A stretch of DNA of 64,000 nucleotides from an uncultured Planctomycetaceae bacterium. GTDB lineage: Bacteria; Planctomycetota; Planctomycetia; Isosphaerales; Isosphaeraceae. The notes under the pieces are model-generated. The model was not told where the DNA came from, made no database searches, and worked only from the letters and a program-made list of their open reading frames with translations. The stretch covers positions 1,024,001 to 1,088,000 of the forward strand of contig CAWIAD010000001.1 in NCBI GenBank assembly GCA_963833985.1. Reading direction: 5' to 3'. A program made the position numbers and the translations under genes. Below are positions 41,736-51,914 of the stretch, piece after piece; position 1 is the first letter of the stretch, and the number at the start of each line of letters is the position of its first letter.

Positions 41736-42782
41736 TCAGTTCCGGCATGCCGGTAGAACGCTTGAGCTCGCCGCGGTACGGATCACTTCGGGGTCAAGCG
41801 ACGTCATGGCGCGGATCTCGTTCCACCTCGCCAAGAACAGACATGCGCCCTCGAGACCGGAAGCGAGCATAAGTACGTGCATGCCCATCATGACCAGCGC
41901 ACCGTCAGGATGGCCCACCATATCAAAGAGTTTCCCGCCGACCTCTTCGGTCAAACCCAGAGCGCCCAGGGGAAGGGGGATAGCCATGATAAAGAAGGTC
42001 AAAGGCGCGATCAGGAAGTGCTGACCCAGGGTCGTCGACATCCCGGAGGAAAAAAGCATCACGCCGACGAGGTAGCAGACAATAACGTTCAGGGCATGGC
42101 CGAGGACCGAGAGCGCCAGGCTCACCGCCAGGAGTGCGCCGCAACGACGGTAATTCAGAAGCGCGGTTGCGAAGTTGGCCAGAACCGGCAGAATCCTGCC
42201 AGGTATCTTCTTGGTGAGACGCTCGTGTAGGCCGAGGAGGTGCGGTGACACCGGTACGACAAACGACAGGAACGCTACTGCGAGTGCGACCCACAGGATC
42301 AGGATAACGACTCGTACATCGCGTGAGGCCGCGCCCCACGTGGGGACACCTGCGGCTGCGGCGAGGACGAGAATTCCCAGCAGCCCGAGGATCCGGTCCA
42401 TCACCATGGATGCGAAGGCATCGGTCGTGCGGATCTTAATTCGCGCCAGGTAGGCGGCCTTGACGACATCTCCCCCCACGGCGCCAGGGGTCACCAGGTT
42501 GAAGAGATACCCGATGAATCCCAGCAGAACCGCCCAGCGATGAGGGAAACGCGGTTCGAACGCCCGTACTAGCAGCGACCAGCGTAGAAAGCTGAGTAGC
42601 AAGCTTGTCTGCGTGAGCACGAAGGCCGCTCCGATCAAGCGGAGATCGTGACGACGATCCAGCACCTGGCGGATCGATTCCTGATGCTGCCAGAGCACAA
42701 GCGCCATGAAGCCAAACGCCAGGCAGACAAGAGCGGCGTGGACACCGAGGTTTGTTCGTGCCGGCCGCGATGAAACAAGCAT
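41736..42782 (-). CDS. lysylphosphatidylglycerol-synthase TM domain (UPF0104 flippase-like) protein
   Basis: LRWSLL, FIGYLFNLVTPGAVGGDVVKA, DRILG, PLPLGALGLTE. Confidence 0.88.
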   Translation of the reverse strand: MLVSSRPARTNLGVHAALVCLAFGFMALVLWQHQESIRQVLDRRHDLRLIGAAFVLTQTSLLLSFLRWSLLVRAFEPRFPHRWAVLLGFIGYLFNLVTPGAVGGDVVKAAYLARIKIRTTDAFASMVMDRILGLLGILVLAAAAGVPTWGAASRDVRVVILILWVALAVAFLSFVVPVSPHLLGLHERLTKKIPGRILPVLANFATALLNYRRCGALLAVSLALSVLGHALNVIVCYLVGVMLFSSGMSTTLGQHFLIAPLTFFIMAIPLPLGALGLTEEVGGKLFDMVGHPDGALVMMGMHVLMLASGLEGACLFLARWNEIRAMTSLDPEVIRTAASSSVLPACRN

Positions 42783-42969
42783 TGAGACTTGAAGCTCCTT
42801 GTAAATCGCCCGCGGACCAGGATAAGTCTAGTACAGGTCTGGTCGCCTTGGGACGACGAGCCCGTTATCCACACGCTGGGCCGGATCGGCGAAGCTCCGG
42901 AGCATGTGCTAGTGTGTAGATGAAGGTGGCGATCGGATTCTCTTCGCGGTAGGGGCTCGACATTTCACG

Positions 42970-44505
42970 ATGGGCTGGCGAATTGCATGCGCAGGACTCT
43001 TTTTGACTGTGTTTGCCGCACTCGCGCTTTCGGGGCCGGGACGAATCGATATCGTCGATGGGCAAACCCGGTATGAGGTTGCGCGCAGCCTCGTCGAGCA
43101 CGGCGACTCGATCATCAGGGACCCGCGCGTCTGGTTCGCCGTATTCCCTGGACGCGACGGCCGGAATTACACGAACTACCGCATCCCCCAATCCGCCGCG
43201 GGAGCGCTGGCGATCCTGGCGGCCGATTGTTGCGGTCCGGCCCGGGAAGGCCGGCGCCGCTTTTTTTTCACCCTCACCGGCGCGCTCGCCGGCGGGCTGC
43301 TTGCCGCAACATACGCCGCGCTGTTCCGCTACTTGCGGCACAGTCCCCTGGAGTCGCTCTGCTGGGCGGCTGCGGGCGTGCTCTGCACTCCCATCTGGTT
43401 CTACGGCACCAGCACCTTCGACGATATCCTCGGCGCGCTGGCCGTGGTTCTTGCCATCACATGCGCCTTGGCGGGCCGGAACGGGCATCCCCACGCCTGG
43501 GCGGCTGGCGCGGGAGTGGCGCTTGGTCTGGCGTTTCACTGCAAGCAGCCACTGGGGATCTTCGTGGTACCTGTTCTGGCCGCACTTTACCATCCTGAGC
43601 AGGGCTGGCGCTCGCAGAAAGTACGGCTGGCGCTACCGTTGACGCTATTGACTGTGGCCGTTGTGCTTTATCTGGCTTACGATGACTACAAGTTTCCGGC
43701 ATCCTCTCGGGCTGGCCAGGCGGAACTATTGAAGAAGTACGTCCCGGTCTGGTCCAAGACCCCTCATGTCGCGCTGGCCGCGATGGCCCTGAGCCTGGGT
43801 GCTGGGGCGTTCTTCTACAATCCCGCCGGCTTGGTCTGCACGCGCGGCCTCCGTGCCTGGTGGAAGCAGCAGCCAAGGTTCTGTGGTTCACTGGCCGTTG
43901 CGCTGGCGGTGTACGTAGGTTTCATTTGCTGTTTGACCTTCTTCAAGGGCGACCCCACCTGGGGTCCTCGATACCTGACACCCGCCTTCGCGGTCCTTTG
44001 GATCTTTGCGCCGGCGGGGTGCAAGGTGATGAGGTGGTCGGTCGTCGTCGGCCTGCTGGGGCTCAGCCTGCTTGTCCAGGTTAGCTCAATCTGCGTCGAC
44101 CCACACCGGCTATTCATTGAGCGCTCGCTGCCGTCGGCGTTCTACCTTCACGACCCGGAGCTTTACTTTCACCCCGCCATCTCGCACCTGGTGAACCGGC
44201 CGCGGGAGATCATCGAGGTTCTTCAGGACCGCGGCAACCCGGCGCGCAGCTACACGCCGGCACCCACGCCCACGTTCGCTTTCCCGATCATCGACTACAT
44301 CGACAAAGGTTCGGTTGCGGTAAGCAAGTACCAGGTACTCAGCGGGCTGCGATTCTGGTGGGCGAGCTTCCGGTTCCTCAGCCCAGAAGAGCGGCCGATC
44401 AATCTTGTGCGCACGGCCCTGCTGCTACTCTTCGTCGCAGCCGCAGGGGCCGCCGCGCAGGTTTACGGCCTGCTCCTCATGAGGTATGAGCAGAGTGTCC
44501 GCTGA
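42970..44505 (+). CDS. polytopic membrane protein, putative GT-C fold (lipid-carrier-dependent) glycosyltransferase
   Basis: Acidic motif in the first loop (DIVDGQTRY), many TMs, TPIWFY, WGPRYLTP. Lies among glycosylation genes. Confidence 0.6.
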   Translation: MGWRIACAGLFLTVFAALALSGPGRIDIVDGQTRYEVARSLVEHGDSIIRDPRVWFAVFPGRDGRNYTNYRIPQSAAGALAILAADCCGPAREGRRRFFFTLTGALAGGLLAATYAALFRYLRHSPLESLCWAAAGVLCTPIWFYGTSTFDDILGALAVVLAITCALAGRNGHPHAWAAGAGVALGLAFHCKQPLGIFVVPVLAALYHPEQGWRSQKVRLALPLTLLTVAVVLYLAYDDYKFPASSRAGQAELLKKYVPVWSKTPHVALAAMALSLGAGAFFYNPAGLVCTRGLRAWWKQQPRFCGSLAVALAVYVGFICCLTFFKGDPTWGPRYLTPAFAVLWIFAPAGCKVMRWSVVVGLLGLSLLVQVSSICVDPHRLFIERSLPSAFYLHDPELYFHPAISHLVNRPREIIEVLQDRGNPARSYTPAPTPTFAFPIIDYIDKGSVAVSKYQVLSGLRFWWASFRFLSPEERPINLVRTALLLLFVAAAGAAAQVYGLLLMRYEQSVR

Positions 44506-44647
44506 ATTGTCGCGAGTTTCGGCTCCTGGCCCTGGGCACGGAAACTGTCCTCGAGGCTCCGCTGAATCGCGCCACCTTCCACGATTAACAGGGCGATCAG
44601 TACTGACCGATGCGCTTTGCGCTGCGTCCACGCGAGATGAGGTTGGG

Positions 44648-45296
44648 TTGACAAAAAATCGAGGAAGAGCGGTTCCGATCCGATCGCTGTCGGCTTCCCT
44701 GGGCCCGCTATTAATATCTGGAGCGGTATTCCTGGGTAGCGCGGTTCGTGGCTGGCAAAACGAGTTCTCGACGTCGCTTGTAGAACAGGCTACGGCTCGG
44801 CGATTCTGGTCAGAGCTGGGTCGCCCAGGTGGATGGATTCGACGCATCAACCGAGGACGTCGAGACCGCAAGGAGTGGATCAAGCGTGTCCAACCTTGGT
44901 TTCGGGGTTGCAGCCGCTGAGTCATTGCCGGTTCGGGACGGGTCGTACGATATGTAATTGTCGTTCGAGACGATCGAGCATGTCGAGAACGGTGAAACAT
45001 TGCTCTGCGAGGCGCCAAGGGTAATCGGCCCCGCAGCGACTTTGATCGTCTCGACGCCCAACCGTGACCTGCTCGACCCCGAAACCACGCTTGGCGATCA
45101 GCCGTTTAACCGGTTTCGCGTCCGAGAGTACAGCGCCGGGGAGTTCGACCAGCGTCTGCTCGCGTATTTTCCCGCGATCACCCGGTATGGTCAGAAGCCG
45201 TATGCGCCGGTTGATGTCGAGGGTCCCGGGCACGTGGGCCGTCGCTCTCCGGCGCTGGCTCTCAAGCTGCGCCAGGCTCGAAAGCTCACGGGCTGA
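44648..45296 (+). pseudogene. decayed class I SAM-dependent methyltransferase
   Basis: Fragments PWARY*YLERYSWVARFVAGK / RVLDVACRTGYGSAIL / VDGFD...SLPVRDGSYDM*LSFETIEHV...LIVSTPN. In-frame TAA at 44712 and 44955, frameshifts, and G-to-R in motif I. Confidence 0.8.
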
Positions 45297-45397
45297 CCCA
45301 GGGAGTGCCCCGCCCGACACGTTCCCTTACCGCATGCGACCGCGCCTGTTCTCTGCGAGGTGCTCATCGCCGTCTGCGAGCGGCAAGCCCGCTCGAG

Positions 45398-46411
45398 TCA
45401 GCTTTCCGTTGGAGCCGCGGCCGCGCCTGATGCTGTCGAGCTTCTGGCAAGTCCAATCCGGTAACGCGGCAGCGTGCGCTCGATGATCCGCGAATCCCGC
45501 AAATACTGATGCCAGCCGACTGGCCCGAGGGCAAGAAAGCGTGACACAAGAGCGAGCGGACTCGATCCCCGGTTGTGCACCAAAGCTGCCAGGCCGACAT
45601 TCACATCGATGGAAAAAAAGGCCACTCGCGCCCCCAGCGGCTGCTTGCAACCATGGCGCCGGACCACGCCTAGATGGCGAGCCAGCACCACCTCCTGCTG
45701 CTGTCGGAACTCAGTCACCCGCGCGCTCCCCTGAATCGTCTGCGCCTGCGGGTGAATCCGAAACGCGCTCAAGGGCCGGGGAATGTAAACGGTGCTGCCA
45801 GACGCGGCCAGCTTGAGCCAGAAATCCCAGTCGGCGGTGTACCAGAGTTCCTCGTCCAGGCCTCCCGCAGCCAGCGCAGCCTGCCGCGAGAACAGCGGGG
45901 CCGGCATGGCGATGAAGTTCTGAACCAGTAAACGGTCCACGACCAGTTCGGAGCCAAGCGCCACGCCACGGGGCAGGGGGCACCGCCAGGTGCCCACGCG
46001 CTGGCCCGTGGGATCGATGAACCAGGACGGTAGCAAGAACAACGTAGTGGCGGGCAGCCTGGCAACCCATGACCGAAGCACGGCCAGGCGTTGCGGCAGC
46101 CAGAGGTCATCGTGATGCAAGAACGAGACATAATCTCCGCGGGCCAGCATCAGCCCATGGTTCGACTTTGCGACCCAGTTTCGCAGCCCCTCGCGCACCA
46201 TGACTTGCATGGGAAGCCGGTCCGCGTAGGTTCGGGCAATCTCGATCGACCCGTCACTCGACCCGCCGTCGATGACGAGGACCTCGATGCCGCCGGCAGA
46301 CTGCACCAGGATGCTGCGGAGCGCGAAATCCAGGTAATTCGCGCCGTTGTAGACCGGCATCACCACGCTCAACCAGGGCCGGTCGCTCGTTGTCATTTCA
46401 GGAACCGCCAT
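45398..46411 (-). CDS. GT2 glycosyltransferase
   Basis: SVVMPVYNG, IDGGSSDGS, FLHHDD, DWDFWL. Confidence 0.92.
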   Translation of the reverse strand: MAVPEMTTSDRPWLSVVMPVYNGANYLDFALRSILVQSAGGIEVLVIDGGSSDGSIEIARTYADRLPMQVMVREGLRNWVAKSNHGLMLARGDYVSFLHHDDLWLPQRLAVLRSWVARLPATTLFLLPSWFIDPTGQRVGTWRCPLPRGVALGSELVVDRLLVQNFIAMPAPLFSRQAALAAGGLDEELWYTADWDFWLKLAASGSTVYIPRPLSAFRIHPQAQTIQGSARVTEFRQQQEVVLARHLGVVRRHGCKQPLGARVAFFSIDVNVGLAALVHNRGSSPLALVSRFLALGPVGWHQYLRDSRIIERTLPRYRIGLARSSTASGAAAAPTES

Positions 46412-47609
46412 CGCCTTGCCGCTTGCCTTCGTGGCGCAACTCGAGGATGCCTACCAGGAAACCGGCGGCCGCGGCTTCCAGTCCAACCGAGAAGATCGTA
46501 CCGGCGAAGATCCACAGTCCGGGCACGGGAACCTCCATGGTCCGCAGCCAGTGTCCGAGTACCGGAACGCCCATGGCCACGCCCGCGGCCATCAGCGAGA
46601 CGCCTAGCGTCATGCCCCGCTCCACCGTGAAGAACGCCACCACCCGTTCCACTCCCGGGTCACGGAAGACCGGGTCGGAAAGGTGGGCGTAATACCTGGC
46701 CAGCAGCCCGAAGACCAGGAGATGGAACCCGCTCATGGCCACCAGCGAGGCGGTGTACATGAAGTTGGGGCCGAGCACCCCGCTGTAGGCTCCGAAGCCC
46801 GCCGCGACCACCACCGGAATCGCACCCAGTCCCAGCAGAGTCAGGAACAGCCCCGGCAAAATAAATAAATACAGTGGCGTGCACATGAGCATATAACGGA
46901 GATGCCGCCAGCCGTCGCGGAAGCTCCGCAGGTGGGGCGGCCGGTCGCGCCCGTCGGGATGCAGCACAATTGGCACCTCGGTCACCTTTTGATGGCTCAG
47001 GCACGCGCGCACGACCATCTCGCTGGCGAACTCCATTCCCGGCGACGCCAGCCCCAGCTTGGCGTAAGAGTCCTTGCGGAACGCCCGCAGACCGCAATGG
47101 GCGTCACCAATCGGAGTCCGGAAGAAGAGGTTCAAGATTCCCGTCAGCACCGGGTTGCCCACGTAGCGGTGCAGCCAGGGCATGGCGCCGGGGCGAATTC
47201 CACCACGGAACCGGTTGCCCATCACCAGGTCGTAGCCGTCCCGAAGCCGCTCGACGAATGGCTCCAGCACCGTGAAATCATACGAGTCGTCCGAGTCTCC
47301 CATGACGATGAACCGGCCACGCGCGGCCTGGATTCCCGCCCTCAGGGCATGTCCGTACCCCTTGCGCTCAACCTCGACCACACGCGCGCCGTGCTCGCGC
47401 GCAATCTCTTGCGAGCCATCGCTGCTGCCGTTGTCGGCGACGACCACCTCGCCGGTCGCTCCCAGCCGCTCGATTGCCCCTAGCGCCTTCTCCACGCAGC
47501 GTCCCACAGTCCGGGCCTCGTTCAGGCACGGCATGATCACGGAGATCTCGACCTCGGATCCGGCCGCTTGCGGAGAACCCTCGACCCGAGCCACCACGGT
47601 CATGTTCAT
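46398..47609 (-). CDS. GT2 polyprenol-phosphate glycosyltransferase (DPM1-like) with C-terminal TM helices
   Basis: SVIMPCLNEA, DNGSSDGS, MGDSDDSYD, DAHCGLRAF, MEFASEM, RSFRDGWRHL, four TMs. ATG 47609 follows GGAG. Confidence 0.9.
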   Translation of the reverse strand: MNMTVVARVEGSPQAAGSEVEISVIMPCLNEARTVGRCVEKALGAIERLGATGEVVVADNGSSDGSQEIAREHGARVVEVERKGYGHALRAGIQAARGRFIVMGDSDDSYDFTVLEPFVERLRDGYDLVMGNRFRGGIRPGAMPWLHRYVGNPVLTGILNLFFRTPIGDAHCGLRAFRKDSYAKLGLASPGMEFASEMVVRACLSHQKVTEVPIVLHPDGRDRPPHLRSFRDGWRHLRYMLMCTPLYLFILPGLFLTLLGLGAIPVVVAAGFGAYSGVLGPNFMYTASLVAMSGFHLLVFGLLARYYAHLSDPVFRDPGVERVVAFFTVERGMTLGVSLMAAGVAMGVPVLGHWLRTMEVPVPGLWIFAGTIFSVGLEAAAAGFLVGILELRHEGKRQGDGGS

Positions 47610-47925
47610 GATGCCGTCTCCCAGGCAGGTCTCGGGGCGCCCATGCCACGGGCCGTGCCCGCGACGCTCCCTTGAGAGTCTAGGACACAAACGGCGCGGG
47701 CCGCCGGCCGGAGCGACGCTAAGCACCTGGACTGAAGCACCGGTCGCATTCGCGAGCCAAGAATGGAATCTTATCCCACGACGGTGGGACCAGATTGGAA
47801 CCACGAACTACCTGAGAAGTGTGAGGGGGCAACCGGTCAGGCGAGCCAGCGCACATGTGGTCTCCGGGCCCCATTCCCTGGTTCCACATGACATGGCTGC
47901 GGCGGTCCGCCTCCAATGATTCGCG

Positions 47926-49392
47926 TTACGGAGCAGGCTCTCTGCGACTGCTCGATTCGAACCGCGCGGGTCGAATTGCCGTGCGTCCCGCATCCTGGCC
48001 CGGCATGAGCGCGGCATCACGATCTGGTCTTGCGTCGGCCATCGGCCCGGGCGCGTCGTGTGAGGGCGCGCTGAGTCTCTGCACCTCCCGGTAGCGATCA
48101 TCCGCCTCGATCCGATCCGAGCGATCCGGGATTGCCTCCCGGCTTCCCTGGTAAACCAGTCCGGCGTGCCGTCCGAGGGCGGCGAGAAATGTGGGGTCTT
48201 CTGTCCGTGCGGCGACGATGGCGATGGTCTCAAGCAGGCGGAGCGTCACCGCGGCGTTCCCTCTGGCCGCCTGGCGAATCTGGTGAAACGCCGCGTCCAC
48301 GATCCCCGACACGGTTGACCCCTCGGCGATCGCGCGCAGCCGGCCGTCGTCGTCGTAACGGCAGGGCGAGGGGATCTGCCTTCCGGCGAGGGCACAGAGC
48401 GCCTCGCCCAGCCGCTCTACGCAGGCGATCGCCGTGAACGGGTCGTTAACCCCTGGCGAGAGGGCCCGCACGGCCACCTCGACGAGCTGGTCGATCGCGA
48501 ACTCGACATCCTGTGTCAGGTTCCGCTGAGAACCAATGTAGAAGGCTCCCCGGATGGCATGCTCGAGCGCATCCTCCTGCCGGTCGCCGGGCCAGACACG
48601 CGCGAGCTCGCCGCCTTGAACGATGAATTTCCCCGGCCTGGTGGTAACCCGGAGGATGAGATCGCGTTCAACAGCCAGCGACAGCAAACCGTCAACGTCG
48701 ATCGCCTGAATATATCCGCTTGACGATGATGGGATCGACCGTGAATCGCTGTCGAAACCTGCCGGCAAGTCAGCCATGGCCTCCTTGCCGTTGCCTGCGG
48801 GACGACCGCGCCCCAGCCCCTCGGGGAAGAGCCGTTCCATGGCGTTGTGCAACTCGCGCGTGACCTCGGCGATGATGTTGTCGGCCTGGATCGAGGCTGC
48901 CGCATGGTGAAAGAAGTAGATGAGCATCCCCAGGCTGGCCAGGGCCAGCAACAGCCCGATGGTCACTGAAAGGTGCGGGACGAACTCCTCCGTTTCGGTC
49001 CCGTTCACCGTACGCAGGACCAGCAGGCAGTAAGTGAAGGTGGCGATGAACGTCCCGAGCGCGGCCTGGTTGACCCGGTCGCGCATGAAGTTGCGCAGCA
49101 GCCTCGGGCCGTACTGGGAAGAAGCAAGCTGGAGGGCGACGATCGTGATCGAGAACGCCACGCTGGTGATGGTCATCATCGATCCGGCGATGGTCGAAAG
49201 CACCGCCCGCGAACCCTCCGGCCCACGGGTGAACGTCCAGCCGAGGGTCGCGATCCAGTTTGCTTCTGCTGTCGCCCGGTCCAGCCGGGTCGTCGCCAGC
49301 GACAGCAGCACCGCACCCGCGACCATGACCGAGGGCACGAACCAGAAATTGGTCCGGAAATCCTCCCATCGATTCACCAGCCAGGTTTTCAC
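47926..49392 (-). CDS. DUF2254 family membrane protein
   Basis: FWFVP, ALQLASSQYGPRLL, SGYIQAID, QDVEFAIDQLVEVAVRALSPGVNDPFTA. The start may be 49446. Confidence 0.9.
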   Translation of the reverse strand: MKTWLVNRWEDFRTNFWFVPSVMVAGAVLLSLATTRLDRATAEANWIATLGWTFTRGPEGSRAVLSTIAGSMMTITSVAFSITIVALQLASSQYGPRLLRNFMRDRVNQAALGTFIATFTYCLLVLRTVNGTETEEFVPHLSVTIGLLLALASLGMLIYFFHHAAASIQADNIIAEVTRELHNAMERLFPEGLGRGRPAGNGKEAMADLPAGFDSDSRSIPSSSSGYIQAIDVDGLLSLAVERDLILRVTTRPGKFIVQGGELARVWPGDRQEDALEHAIRGAFYIGSQRNLTQDVEFAIDQLVEVAVRALSPGVNDPFTAIACVERLGEALCALAGRQIPSPCRYDDDGRLRAIAEGSTVSGIVDAAFHQIRQAARGNAAVTLRLLETIAIVAARTEDPTFLAALGRHAGLVYQGSREAIPDRSDRIEADDRYREVQRLSAPSHDAPGPMADARPDRDAALMPGQDAGRTAIRPARFESSSRREPAP

Positions 49393-49490
49393 TGACGTCC
49401 CCGGTCCTGTCGGTTCACCAGCAATCGTGTCGGCGCGGTCACACACCTCGATTCACCGGCTTCCGTCCGCACTTGCCGGACCAATCCAGC

Positions 49491-50783
49491 TCAAAAACGT
49501 CGCAGGACCAGTGTCGTGTTCTGGCCGCCGAAGCCGAAGCTGTTGGACATTGCAACGTCGATGGTTCGCTCGCGGGCGGCGTGGGGGACGTAGTCGAGGT
49601 CGCAGTCGTCGTCCGGGTGGTCAAGGTTCACTGTCGGCGGCACGACTCCGTCGCGGATTGCCAGCAGGCAGGTGATGGCTTCCACGATCCCGCCGGCCGC
49701 GATGAGGTGGCCGGTCATGCTCTTGGTACTCGACACCGGCACCCTCCACGCATGGTCTCCGAGGGCGAGCTTCAGCGCCAGCGTCTCAACCGAGTCGTTC
49801 ACCTTGGTGCTCGTACCATGGGCGTTCACGTAGTCCACGTCCTCGGGGCCAAGGCCGGCGTCGTCGAGGGCCAGTCGCATGGCCGCAACCGCGCCCCGGC
49901 CCTCGTCGTGGCAGTCGGTGAGGCGGAAGGCATCGGTCGTCGAGGCGTGGCCCGCGACCTCAGCGTGAATCATGGCGCCTCGCGCCCGGGCGTGGTCGAG
50001 CGCCTCCAGCACGAGCATCCCGCCTCCCTCGCCCAGGACGAATCCGTCGCGATCCCGGTCGAAAGGGCGGCTGGCACGGGCCGGCTCGTCGTTGCGCTTC
50101 GACATCGCCGTCAAGAGGATGAACCCCGTGAGGCCGAACGGGTGGATCATGCTATGGACTCCACCTGCGAGCAAGACATCCACGGCGCCGCTGCGGATCA
50201 ACTCGGTCGCCTCGCCGATCGCCTGGGCGCTGGCCGCGCAGGCCGTCAGGCACGAGAAGTTCGGGCCTTTCGCTCCGAAGGCGGCCGCGAGGTGGCCGGC
50301 AGGCATCCCCGGCTCCTGCTCGGCCTCAAGCAGTGGATCGAGCTGCCCGATCCCCGCGCCGGTGAAGCGCCGGGTGTCCACCCGCCCGCGATCGGTCGAC
50401 CGGTGGATGAGGTCGACGAACCGGGAGAAGTCTGCTTGTCCCTCGCCCGAACCGAGGTAGACACCGAACCTCGTACGGTCGATCTGTGCGCCGTCGAAGA
50501 GGCCGGAGTCCCGAACGGCCTGAGCCGCAACGGCGAGCGCAATCTGCGTGTTCCGACCGTGGCGCTGCCACCGTGGCGCGTCGTCGCCGAGGTCCCGCGA
50601 CAGGTCGAAGCCCTTCAGCTCGGCAGCGATCCGGGTCGCGAAACTGCCGGCGTCGAACCGCGTCACCGGTCCCACGCCCCCACGACCCTCGCGGAGCGCC
50701 TCCCACGAGGACTCCACGTCAAGCCCCACGGGCGTGACCATCCCCATCCCCGTCACCACGACTCGCCTGCCTGCTCGGTCCAT
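49491..50783 (-). CDS. fabF: 3-oxoacyl-ACP synthase II
   Basis: RRVVVTG, TACAAS, NAHGTST, KSMTGH, SNSFGFGG. Confidence 0.9.
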   Translation of the reverse strand: MDRAGRRVVVTGMGMVTPVGLDVESSWEALREGRGGVGPVTRFDAGSFATRIAAELKGFDLSRDLGDDAPRWQRHGRNTQIALAVAAQAVRDSGLFDGAQIDRTRFGVYLGSGEGQADFSRFVDLIHRSTDRGRVDTRRFTGAGIGQLDPLLEAEQEPGMPAGHLAAAFGAKGPNFSCLTACAASAQAIGEATELIRSGAVDVLLAGGVHSMIHPFGLTGFILLTAMSKRNDEPARASRPFDRDRDGFVLGEGGGMLVLEALDHARARGAMIHAEVAGHASTTDAFRLTDCHDEGRGAVAAMRLALDDAGLGPEDVDYVNAHGTSTKVNDSVETLALKLALGDHAWRVPVSSTKSMTGHLIAAGGIVEAITCLLAIRDGVVPPTVNLDHPDDDCDLDYVPHAARERTIDVAMSNSFGFGGQNTTLVLRRF

Positions 50784-50799
50784 CGATCGGTCCTCCAGC

Positions 50800-50975
50800 T
50801 CACCACCCCGATCAGCCAGGCCCGTGCCGCGGCCGGGTCGCCGTCACCGGTAAGGGCCTTTGTAGACGTCCGTGTCGAACTTGCCGGGTCGCCGCTCGAA
50901 AGCGGCCCGGACATCAGTAAAGTCTTGAGCCGACGTCCTCCCGAGATGGACCATAGAGCAATGGGATGCGAACAT
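50800..50975 (-). pseudogene. truncated N-terminal remnant resembling DUF302-domain proteins
   Basis: GGAGG RBS then MFASHCSMVHLGRTSAQDFTDVRAAFERRPGKFDTDVYK / ALTGDGDPAAARAW after a frameshift. Similarity is recalled, not searched. Confidence 0.45.
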
Positions 50976-51141
50976 GACGTGGCCTCCCACCAGGAACGAC
51001 GTCGGCCTGATCACCTGTTCTTCGGCCACCTCCGTAACGGCCGGGCGAATGAACGGAAGCACCGGGCCGTCCCTTTCGGTTGGTCCACTTTCCGGCATCT
51101 CCGGACCATGATGCCGGCAGCTCCGCAGCAGCGACAGCAAT

Positions 51142-51157
51142 ATGCATATGCATGTAA
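51142..51157. promoter_or_regulatory. putative MarR operator 1
   Basis: ATGCATATGCATGTAA contains the perfect palindrome ATGCATATGCAT and matches the box at 51622 at 13/16 positions. Confidence 0.6.
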
Positions 51158-51172
51158 CTGAGCAAAAAAAAG

Positions 51173-51616
51173 TCAAGACCGGGCCGAGACGCGCGCGACC
51201 TCCGGGAGTATTTCCATGAGGTCACGCCAGGCGCCCTCTGGCAACAGGGCCTGGATTCGGGTTTGTGCCCGCTCCCAGGCGGGTCGGGCTTCGTCGAGCT
51301 TCGCCAACCCGCCAGCGGTGATGGCCAACCACTTCTCGCGACGGTCTTCCCCGGTCCGGACGATGACCCAGCGGGCCTCCACCAGCGGGCGGAGGCCGCG
51401 AGTCAGCGACGTCTGATCGTGCAGGGTCAGTCTGGCCAGGTCCCGCTGCCGGACCTGGCCAGAGCAGCGCAGCAGTTGAAGCAGCGAATACTGGGTCGTG
51501 CGCAGCCCGATGCTGCGAAGCTCCTCGTCATAGAGCCGGCTGACAGCCCGCGACGCCTGCCGCAGGGCGAGGCACAGGCACGGGATGCTCCCCGTGGGTG
51601 CTTTGTCGACGCTCAT
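51173..51616 (-). CDS. MarR family transcriptional regulator
   Basis: CLCLALRQASRAVSRLYD, TQYSLL, DQTSLTRGL, EDRREK. Confidence 0.92.
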   Translation of the reverse strand: MSVDKAPTGSIPCLCLALRQASRAVSRLYDEELRSIGLRTTQYSLLQLLRCSGQVRQRDLARLTLHDQTSLTRGLRPLVEARWVIVRTGEDRREKWLAITAGGLAKLDEARPAWERAQTRIQALLPEGAWRDLMEILPEVARVSARS

Positions 51617-51621
51617 ATTAA

Positions 51622-51637
51622 ATGTATATGCAGCTAA
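51622..51637. promoter_or_regulatory. putative MarR operator 2 overlapping the marR promoter
   Basis: ATGTATATGCAGCTAA lies 5 nt upstream of the ATG. TTGACG on the minus strand at about 51646-51651; no SD, so likely leaderless. Confidence 0.6.
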
Positions 51638-51914
51638 TTGGGCCACGTCAAGGGGTCATCCGCAATGGACGACTCGACCCGTCGAGCCACGGGGGCGGGC
51701 CCAATAGAATTCCTCGGCAAGCAACCCGGGCCGGCTTCATCCGTGATGTGCCGGGGGCCGCAAGACGACGTTGTGCACAATGCCCGTCATCGAAGCGCGT
51801 GGGAACCTCCGGCCGATAACGGCCGGTCACGAGGCTTTCCATGACACCTCGCCCGTGACCGGCGTCGCTCTCTTCACATTCCCGGGAAGACTCGCCAGAA
51901 ACGACTGGTCGTAC

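Noticed and set aside
51822..51863. 10-bp-stem hairpin GCCGGTCACG...CGTGACCGGC downstream of the Gfo/Idh/MocA gene
   Set aside because: No U tract on the coding strand, so it is too weak to call a terminator or ncRNA.
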